From positions 12,935 through 76,934 of the forward strand of contig JAVLKG010000018.1 of the NCBI GenBank assembly GCA_032128875.1: a DNA stretch of 64,000 bases, written 5' to 3'. Both the position numbers and the translations under genes were made by a program. Positions 57,194 to 64,000 of this stretch are shown here, piece by piece (the stretch's first letter is position 1; each line of letters begins with the position of its first letter). The DNA comes from Candidatus Melainabacteria bacterium 17Bon1m (lineage in GTDB: Bacteria; Cyanobacteriota; Vampirovibrionia; Obscuribacterales; Obscuribacteraceae). Below the pieces are notes generated by a model that was not told where the DNA came from, did no database searches, and saw only the letters and a list, made by a program, of their open reading frames with translations.

Positions 57194-58396
57194 ATGCGAG
57201 CAACAATCTTTCTGGCGTTGTCCATTTCGTTATTGTCTGGTGCGCAGGCGCCGGTGACTGCTGCAGACATGATTTCGGCGTTAGGCGCAAAATCGTTTTC
57301 GACGCAATCGGTGGCGGCGGTTGGAGCGAAAGCGCCGGCAAATCCATCGGCGAGCCCATCGGCAAAGACTGGCAGCGATTCGGGCGATAGCACGCAGGAC
57401 GCCTATCCGCGGGTCACAGCCATCGAGCAGGCCATTCTTGGGCAAACCTTCGCCTATGAGCCGTTGTCCACGCGCCTGGAACGCATGGAGCGCAAGGCTT
57501 TCAACAAAGCCTCCGACAGCGATGATTTGAGCGGGCGGACCGATGCGTTGTATGACTATGCGGACAAGGTGTTGCACAAGAATCCGTTCAAGGCGGAGTA
57601 TTCGAGTGAAACCGCCGCCGACCAGAGGCTTGATGGTGGTTCGGACGATAGCTCAAGCGGTGGAACCGGCGCAAGCTCAGACGACGGAAGTAGCGGTGGA
57701 GGCTCTGACTATCCTCACGTTACGGCGCTGGAGAAAACGATTTTGGGCGAAGCACACACTGGAGATCAGCTTGCTGACAGGCTCAGCCGCATTGAGACCA
57801 AAGCATTCGGTAAACCTTCGACCGGTCAGGATTTGAGCGATAGAACCGATGCACTGGAGAAATACGCCGAGAAAAAGCTCGGTATGAAACCGTTTGGCGG
57901 TGAAGGCAGGGCATCGATGGGTGACGCGGGTTCGGGAGCCGGGTCAGGAGCCGGTGGCTCGAATCGCAGCGCTCGATTGGGTACCCTTGCCGCCGTCGGC
58001 AACACACTTTTGAATATGACCGGTTTTGGGATGATGGGCATGCCCGGATTTGGCGGCATGACCCCGCCTCAGAGCGCGGCACCGGAGCAATCACTGGAAG
58101 CGCAAAAGGTTGAGCAGCAATTGGAAGATCCGCTGTTGAAGTCGCCGACTCCGCCGCCCGCATCAGCCAAGATGCTCACAAAGATTGGCTGGTGTGAGAT
58201 TAGAGTTTTCGGTCACACGAGCGCGAAGATGCATATGCTCGATCGGCTCAATCAGTTGAATCTCAAACTGAATTTTGATCCTGGAAAAACTGGTTTGGAT
58301 CTGATGGATCACATTGATGGTCTGATGAAACTTGCTGAAAGCCAGAAGCCGGCGGACCAATCCGTTGGTTCTCTTCCCGCACCGGCAGCGCGTTGA
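57194..58396 (+). CDS. Exported protein with helical repeats
   Basis: Signal peptide; two near-identical YP.VTA.E..ILG...L..RL.R.E.KAF...DLS.RTDAL units and a third degenerate one. Confidence 0.82.
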   Translation: MRATIFLALSISLLSGAQAPVTAADMISALGAKSFSTQSVAAVGAKAPANPSASPSAKTGSDSGDSTQDAYPRVTAIEQAILGQTFAYEPLSTRLERMERKAFNKASDSDDLSGRTDALYDYADKVLHKNPFKAEYSSETAADQRLDGGSDDSSSGGTGASSDDGSSGGGSDYPHVTALEKTILGEAHTGDQLADRLSRIETKAFGKPSTGQDLSDRTDALEKYAEKKLGMKPFGGEGRASMGDAGSGAGSGAGGSNRSARLGTLAAVGNTLLNMTGFGMMGMPGFGGMTPPQSAAPEQSLEAQKVEQQLEDPLLKSPTPPPASAKMLTKIGWCEIRVFGHTSAKMHMLDRLNQLNLKLNFDPGKTGLDLMDHIDGLMKLAESQKPADQSVGSLPAPAAR

Positions 58397-58464
58397 AGTG
58401 GTTTTGCCGAAAGTTGTTTTATCGAAGACCAATGACGACGAAGAGCAAGTAGTGCAGTGACGGC

Positions 58465-58500
58465 ATACTAGTGCTCCTTAAAACGACGGAGCACTAGTAT
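58465..58500. terminator. Hairpin between convergent genes
   Basis: atactagtgctcc/ggagcactagtat 13-bp stem. Confidence 0.75.
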
Positions 58501-58527
58501 AAGCGTTCTAAATTTGCTTTCTAAGGG

Positions 58528-58968
58528 TTATACCTTGAGTTGATTTAGCAATTGCGCGTTGGATGGAAAAGCGTCGCCGACGCCAGTTGGCTTCAGTTTG
58601 CTGGTGCCCGTCACGCCGTCAGTTGCTTTGGCTTCCGCTCCATTGGCTCTTGCCCCTGCCGAAGTTTTCACATCAGATGCAGACTCCGCCCGCATGCCGT
58701 TTCCCAGTCCGTCTGCTAGGAGTTTTCCGCTCGTTGCATTGGCGTCCGCTTTGTCTCCATTCGTTGAGCCGCTTGCCTCATTCGTAGCAGAATCGCCTCC
58801 CTTGGCGCCTGCTGAAGGCTTGATTTGCGCTACAACCGTGTCGCTAAATTCCTTAGACAGCCCATTGCCGCTTTCTGCCTTGTCGGCTTCTAGTGCCGCA
58901 CTGTCACTGCCGTTTGCTTTACTTGCCTTGCGCTCGCTTTCACCACTGCCGACTTCACTTCGTAGCAT
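58528..58968 (-). CDS. Low-complexity hypothetical protein, distant paralog of the next two
   Basis: Starts MLRSEVG...GLSKEFS; GAGG RBS. Confidence 0.65.
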   Translation of the reverse strand: MLRSEVGSGESERKASKANGSDSAALEADKAESGNGLSKEFSDTVVAQIKPSAGAKGGDSATNEASGSTNGDKADANATSGKLLADGLGNGMRAESASDVKTSAGARANGAEAKATDGVTGTSKLKPTGVGDAFPSNAQLLNQLKV

Positions 58969-59003
58969 CTTAGTTTCCTCAATAGGGTCTGGGGTCGTGC
59001 CCT

Positions 59004-59037
59004 ATCTTGAAACAGCTAGCGTTGAGTTAGCGTTAAG
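59004..59037 (-). promoter_or_regulatory. Second-type direct-repeat promoter
   Basis: CTTAAC-gctaa-CTCAAC-N11-CAAGAT. Confidence 0.5.
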
Positions 59038-59052
59038 TGCGAACTGAAAGCC

Positions 59053-60174
59053 TTAAAGACCGTCCTTGATTGCCGTCGCAACCGCGTTGTTAACTTGTGC
59101 TGGAGTTATCTTTGCAGCCATCGCGGCAATGTCGCTTTCCATCGCCGGCTTCGGCATTCTGTCGGCAAGCGCTTTGGCGGCTCCTGTGGGATTTGATGCA
59201 ATGAATTTTACTGCTCTTTCCCCGAGAATAGAGACTGCGTCCGTTACCGAAACGTCGCGTGCGACGCCGTCCAAATTCATAACCACTCGATTCATGTTTG
59301 GTCCCGATTCGGGAATCAACTTCACGATGTCATCCATGGTGGGAAACATTGGAATTTTCGGGTCCACTTCCTTGAAGCCCAAGCGCTCGCTCATTGGAAT
59401 GTTGTTTCTGAACAAACCGCTACCGTCTTTGAAGGAGCGTAAATCGTTTAGGGAAGGGAAAAGTGGAGCATTTATACCAGTGCGGTGCCCGACTTCGTGG
59501 GCGAGAATCGATGCCCTATCGACGTGGGCAGAGGCTGGCACAAGTTCATGTCCTAGTGGCTTTCCTCTAAGAACTGCCGCAGCGTCGAGACCAGGAAGCT
59601 CGCCCTTGAGAGGAAGGCCGAAATACTCCATTCTGGCAGCTAATTCATCGCTCATGCCGAAGAATGGAAGCGGTTCTGCCCCTCTTGTGATTTTGGTTAT
59701 GGGTATGCTGTTTTTCACTAGCGCTTCTGTTGCGGGCGCCAAAGATGCGGCTGCGGCATCGCGGGCTGCTGCGCTGATTGGAATGCTGGTTTTCAAAATG
59801 GCATCGGTTGCCGGCATCATGGGCTGATTTCCTAAAAGAAGGCTGTCTATTGCGTCCACGTTGATCCGGCCGTTTGTGGCGCTGACGGCTTTGGGGGCAA
59901 GATTTCCATCGTTTACTGCAGCCCGAACTCCGGCAAGGGCGCTTTCGTCGGCCACAGCGCTGAGAGCTTTACCGGCTTCCAATGCTGGTCTTGCGTACTT
60001 TATAGCTGCGACTGTCGCAGCAGCGCCGGCTGCAAGTACTGCGGTTCCAGCGACTACTTTTAGAGTAGTTGAATCAGCAAGTGCACTGCTGAATTCATTG
60101 AGGAGACCTTCGTTGTTGGTTGCCCTTTCCACGGCGGGAGCCGCGCCGTCGTTACCGACTTCGTTTTTTAGCAT
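59053..60174 (-). CDS. Ala-rich hypothetical protein with one TM (paralog A)
   Basis: N-terminal ~90 aa and C-terminal KALADRMPKP..ESDIAAMA shared with 60263-61087. Confidence 0.8.
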   Translation of the reverse strand: MLKNEVGNDGAAPAVERATNNEGLLNEFSSALADSTTLKVVAGTAVLAAGAAATVAAIKYARPALEAGKALSAVADESALAGVRAAVNDGNLAPKAVSATNGRINVDAIDSLLLGNQPMMPATDAILKTSIPISAAARDAAAASLAPATEALVKNSIPITKITRGAEPLPFFGMSDELAARMEYFGLPLKGELPGLDAAAVLRGKPLGHELVPASAHVDRASILAHEVGHRTGINAPLFPSLNDLRSFKDGSGLFRNNIPMSERLGFKEVDPKIPMFPTMDDIVKLIPESGPNMNRVVMNLDGVARDVSVTDAVSILGERAVKFIASNPTGAAKALADRMPKPAMESDIAAMAAKITPAQVNNAVATAIKDGL

Positions 60175-60205
60175 CTGGTGGGGTCCTCGGAGAGAGAGAT
60201 GCCCT

Positions 60206-60239
60206 ATGTTACTCAGTGGAGCCTAAACTCAGAGTGAAG
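60206..60239 (-). promoter_or_regulatory. Second-type direct-repeat promoter
   Basis: CTTCAC-tctga-GTTTAG-N11-TAACAT. Confidence 0.5.
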
Positions 60240-60262
60240 CATGGGGGCGGTTTTTTGAAAGC

Positions 60263-61087
60263 CTAAGCGCCTTTTGTTGTCTTAGCTATAGCATCGGCCA
60301 CTTGAGTTGGTTCAATGCGCTGTGCCAGTTTTCCTGCCATTGCTGCAATATCACTCTCAGTCGATGGTTTCGGCATCCGATCTGCAAGCGCTTTTGCAGA
60401 TGTATTTGGACTAAGGGCCGCCAGGTTGAAATCTTGAAGGTATAGTTTTACTGCGTCACTCGGATCAGTTGGTGTCAAGTCAGTTCCACGCGCAATCTCG
60501 TGCCTCGTGATAGATGCTTCGTCCACCTGCAGGGCTTTTGAAAACGGGCTGTTTCCAGCGGTGCGGCTCTTCATAATACTAGTGGCCTCAGCACCTGTAA
60601 TGCTGGGTGCCATATCGAAGTATGCATTTCCTTCGGCTGCTGCCGCGCGTGTAGATGGATTTATTGGAATGCTCTTCTCTACAATTGCTTTTGTCGCTGG
60701 GCTCAGATGCTTCGCCGCTGCATCCCGAGTTGCTGCGGTGATTGGAATTGTTTCCTTGAGAAGCGCATCGAAAGCTGGCGTGAGTGGCTTTGTGGCATCG
60801 TGAGTGGCGGCAAGGGCTCCATCGTTTACTGCAGCCCGAACTCCGGCAAGTGCGCCTTCGTCGGCGACAGCTCCTATTGCTTTGCCGGCTTCCAGTGCCG
60901 GTCTTGCATACTTAATGGCTGCAACCGTTGCGGCTGCCCCAGCTGCGAGTAGTGCGGTTCCTGCTACTACTTTTAGCGTTGTTGAATCAGAGAGTGCGCT
61001 GCTGAATTCATCGAGAAGGTTTTCGTTGTGGGTTGCCTTTTCCACGGCGGTCGCTGCGCCGTCGTTGCCGACTTCGTTTTTTAGCAT
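60263..61087 (-). CDS. Ala-rich hypothetical protein with one TM (paralog B)
   Basis: Tandem duplicate of 59053-60174 including the upstream region. Confidence 0.8.
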   Translation of the reverse strand: MLKNEVGNDGAATAVEKATHNENLLDEFSSALSDSTTLKVVAGTALLAAGAAATVAAIKYARPALEAGKAIGAVADEGALAGVRAAVNDGALAATHDATKPLTPAFDALLKETIPITAATRDAAAKHLSPATKAIVEKSIPINPSTRAAAAEGNAYFDMAPSITGAEATSIMKSRTAGNSPFSKALQVDEASITRHEIARGTDLTPTDPSDAVKLYLQDFNLAALSPNTSAKALADRMPKPSTESDIAAMAGKLAQRIEPTQVADAIAKTTKGA

Positions 61088-61116
61088 CTGGTGGGGTCCT
61101 CGAAGAGAGATGCCTC

Positions 61117-61150
61117 AGCTTAACCAGCCGAGCATGAACTCAGAGTGAAG
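61117..61150 (-). promoter_or_regulatory. Second-type direct-repeat promoter
   Basis: CTTCAC-tctga-GTTCAT-N11-TAAGCT. Confidence 0.5.
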
Positions 61151-61394
61151 CCCGGGGGCGGTTTTTCCCATGCCGGTAAGTTATGTGCCATTGCCAAACG
61201 AAAGTGTCCGAAGCCCGGCGCTGTTGCGCCAATATGAAGGATGTTCATATAGGCTTTAAGAATGTGGAGAGTTCCACACAATTCCTTTACGAATTAAAGG
61301 GAGAATTAAAGGACTGAAGTGGATTTTCACTTCCCCTCTGCACGTGATTGAATTGAGCGACGCCAAGATGGCTTTGGATTTGAACGCGAACGTT

Positions 61395-62150
61395 ATGAGC
61401 GAACCGGAAACGCAACTTCCTTTAGAGGATACGACGCCTCGACAGAGTCTGCTGCTTGTCGATGATGACATCAAGTTTTGCCGCCTGATCAGTGATTATC
61501 TGCATCGCTACGGTTATGTGGTCAGTTTTGCGCATGAAGGTAAGACGGCGTTGAAGATGATGGCAGAGGGTTCGTGGGATGCGGTAATTCTGGATGTGAT
61601 GTTGCCGCAAATGGATGGCTTTGAAATATTGAGACGTATTCGCGAGACGTCCGAAGTTCCTGTTCTCATGCTGACTGCGCTTGGTGATGAAACAGATAGA
61701 ATTGTCGGTTTGGAGATCGGCGCAGACGATTATTTGCCGAAGTCTTATTCGCCACGCGAGCTTTTGGCGCGCCTCAAGGCTGTCTTGCGGCGTTCGGGAA
61801 GAACGCAGTCAGAGAATAAAGAAGATGAGAATGAAGAACTTGTCGTTGGTGGTTTGGTCATATCGCAATCCGCTCATACAGCCAGACTTAATGGCGAGAC
61901 ATTAGCATTGACGCCGGTGGAATATCATCTTTTGGTAGTCCTCGCACAAGCGGCAGGGCGCATCAAAAGCCGAGAACAGCTGCTAAATGAGATTCGCGAT
62001 CGCAATTATGATGTCTTTGATCGCTCTATTGATGTTCATGTCTCTGCGCTGAGACGCAAGCTGGGAGACGATCCGAAGAGTCCGAAATTTATTCGCACTG
62101 TCAGATCAGTCGGTTATATGCTAATTCCGCCTCAGGAGCCAGGGAGATGA
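61395..62150 (+). CDS. OmpR-family response regulator, CpxR-like (start uncertain, 61368 possible)
   Basis: LLVDDD, LDVMLP, DRIVGLEIGADDYLPK, FDRSIDVHVSALRRKL. Confidence 0.95.
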   Translation: MSEPETQLPLEDTTPRQSLLLVDDDIKFCRLISDYLHRYGYVVSFAHEGKTALKMMAEGSWDAVILDVMLPQMDGFEILRRIRETSEVPVLMLTALGDETDRIVGLEIGADDYLPKSYSPRELLARLKAVLRRSGRTQSENKEDENEELVVGGLVISQSAHTARLNGETLALTPVEYHLLVVLAQAAGRIKSREQLLNEIRDRNYDVFDRSIDVHVSALRRKLGDDPKSPKFIRTVRSVGYMLIPPQEPGR

Positions 62151-63952
62151 AACTGGCTCATTCGCTGTATGTTGAAACACTGGGATTGCTGGTGCTTTAT
62201 CTCTCAGCGCTGATAGCTGTTGTCTTCATTGTCTTCAACACTCAGTTCGGAGCCGGTTGGGATGCGCTTATGCAAAGCCCCCTCGGTGATAAAGTTGACA
62301 CTGTTGCAGACGCCGTCAGCAATCAGTTGCGCTCATCGCCAGAGAAAAAATGGGATGAAGTGCTGGATTTATTTGGTGGTCTTTACCATGTGAAATTCAG
62401 CGTGTTCGACATTGAAGGGCGGCAAGTAGCAGGCGACAAGGTTGATTTGCCGGAGTCTGTGCTTGACCAGTTTGCTATTCCGATGCCACCGCCTTTTGGA
62501 ATGCATGTAAAACACGGGCCTGCGCCATTCGCTATAGCGGGTGTTGCTGGTTCGAGGTTTGAAGAGGGTGCTTCGGAGAAGCGCGGCTTCCCGGGGTTTC
62601 GTGTGTTTACAAAGCGGATTGAGCGAATTTATCCTCACTTGACCAAACATCAAAAGATGCTTTTCGCTAATGAAGATACGGTCTTTATGAGGTCAATGCC
62701 TCCGGGCGGTCCGCATGTTATTCCGTTTGAGCCGAATGGTCCTTTTGAAAGAGGTAGACCTTTTCCTGAAGCAGGCGCAACGCCAGTAGAACCGGGCAGA
62801 ATGCCTTTCGCCGCACCTCCGATGTCCCTCCACGTGATGCGAATTCCACATATGCCGATGCCCGCTCACGGCAGATTTTTGATCCACACTACAAAACCTG
62901 ATCACTTCTATTTCGGCACGCGCATTGATTTGGCGGGCGAAACATACATGCGACCTGGTCCATCCATACTTTTGGCTTCCACCGACAACATCTGGCAAAC
63001 GGGTCTCCTGCTTGATTTCAAAGTGTTGGCGATGGCTGGCGGCGCGATTGCATTGCTGTCGATTATATTTTGGCTTCCGTTCATCTACCGCATTACAAGG
63101 GCGCTTTCCGATTTAACTCTCGCGACTGAGCGTATTGCTGAAGGCAAATTTGACACGCGGTTGGAAACGCGTCGCAAGGATGAAATCGGGCGTTTGTCAG
63201 ATGCTGTTAACAGCATGGCGGAAAGATTGAACGGATTTGTAGGAGGGCAGAAGCGCTTCCTGGCTGACATTTCTCATGAATTGTTTTCACCGCTGGCACG
63301 TTTGCAAGTTGCCCTCGAAATACTTGCAGAGTCATCAACCAAAGACCAAAAGCCGCTCATCGAAGATATTCGAGAAGAAGTCGAAGAGATGAACCACCTG
63401 ATCAATGAATTGATCGCATTTTCGAAAGCCGAGCTTAAGGGGCAAAGCAGAAGTTTGGTTAGTGTGAACATAGACGAGATGTTCTACGAATTGAGAGATA
63501 GACTTGGTTTGAAAGACCGTGCGGTGATTGAGCTTCCAGATGGCTTGTCTGTATCTGGTGACAGACTGCTGCTTGAACGCTCATTCTCGAACGTTTTGCG
63601 AAACAGTGTTCGTTACGCAGGTGATGGCACGCCAATATCGGTAATGGCTACAGTAGCGGGAGGCAATGTTTCGATTGTCATTCAAGACCGCGGACCTGGT
63701 GTTCCGGCAGAGGCATTGAAACATCTTGCTGAGCCGTTCTTCCGTCCGGAAAAATCGCGCAGTCGCGACACTGGTGGAGTCGGTTTGGGTCTGGCTATTG
63801 TGAAAAGCTGCGTGGAAGCATGCGGCGGAACGCTGCAAGTTCGCAATCGCGACGGCGGTGGACTTGAGGTGGAAATTACGTTGAAGCTGGCTTCAGAAGC
63901 GACGGAACCACAAACCCACTCTCTTGTAGATTTCCTGTCGGACGTCAATTAG
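62147..63952 (+). CDS. HAMP-domain sensor histidine kinase, CpxA-like, Pro-rich sensor region
   Basis: ATGA overlap with the regulator; DISHELFSPL, NVLRNSVRYA, DRGPGV, GGVGLGLAIV. Confidence 0.95.
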   Translation: MKLAHSLYVETLGLLVLYLSALIAVVFIVFNTQFGAGWDALMQSPLGDKVDTVADAVSNQLRSSPEKKWDEVLDLFGGLYHVKFSVFDIEGRQVAGDKVDLPESVLDQFAIPMPPPFGMHVKHGPAPFAIAGVAGSRFEEGASEKRGFPGFRVFTKRIERIYPHLTKHQKMLFANEDTVFMRSMPPGGPHVIPFEPNGPFERGRPFPEAGATPVEPGRMPFAAPPMSLHVMRIPHMPMPAHGRFLIHTTKPDHFYFGTRIDLAGETYMRPGPSILLASTDNIWQTGLLLDFKVLAMAGGAIALLSIIFWLPFIYRITRALSDLTLATERIAEGKFDTRLETRRKDEIGRLSDAVNSMAERLNGFVGGQKRFLADISHELFSPLARLQVALEILAESSTKDQKPLIEDIREEVEEMNHLINELIAFSKAELKGQSRSLVSVNIDEMFYELRDRLGLKDRAVIELPDGLSVSGDRLLLERSFSNVLRNSVRYAGDGTPISVMATVAGGNVSIVIQDRGPGVPAEALKHLAEPFFRPEKSRSRDTGGVGLGLAIVKSCVEACGGTLQVRNRDGGGLEVEITLKLASEATEPQTHSLVDFLSDVN

Positions 63953-64000
63953 CCCGCAGCCTAGCAACGGCTACGGCTCCGCTGCGGCAGCAGACAGCAG

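Noticed and set aside
59066-59827. Plus-strand ORFs opposite the paralog trio
   Set aside because: Antisense shadows; RBSs, promoters and protein conservation support the minus strand.

Overview
Bacterial chromosomal window, probably from a non-photosynthetic cyanobacterial relative (Melainabacteria/Obscuribacterales-like). This is inferred from protein style and regulator content, not from a marker gene. No rRNA, tRNA, CRISPR array, integrase or transposase was recognised. Three layers are visible. (1) Two-component signalling: three OmpR-family regulators and three sensor kinases, one a tandem fusion whose halves have complementary defects. (2) A ~32 kb almost entirely plus-strand, hairpin-punctuated array (about 7.8-40.3 kb) with seven protease-family genes (FtsH, M13, S41, S49/SohB, a dead M50, rhomboid, RseP), plus catalase-like, Bfd, GNAT, patatin, acyl-CoA dehydrogenase, Pit, SDR and many small membrane proteins. 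(3) Scattered stand-alone orphan genes with polar, signal-peptide-less N-termini and lytic or repeat domains (SLT, esterase-trypsin fusion, lethal-factor-like peptidase). The strongest unannotated signal is a recurring Pho-box-like promoter, TTTGAY-N5-TTTGAY-N11-(-10 hexamer), found about 12 times and always between genes. It precedes most orphan genes and also four ~80-100 nt ORF-less units ending in terminator hairpins (candidate sRNAs). A second box with identical geometry precedes three tandem paralogs at 58.5-61.1 kb.
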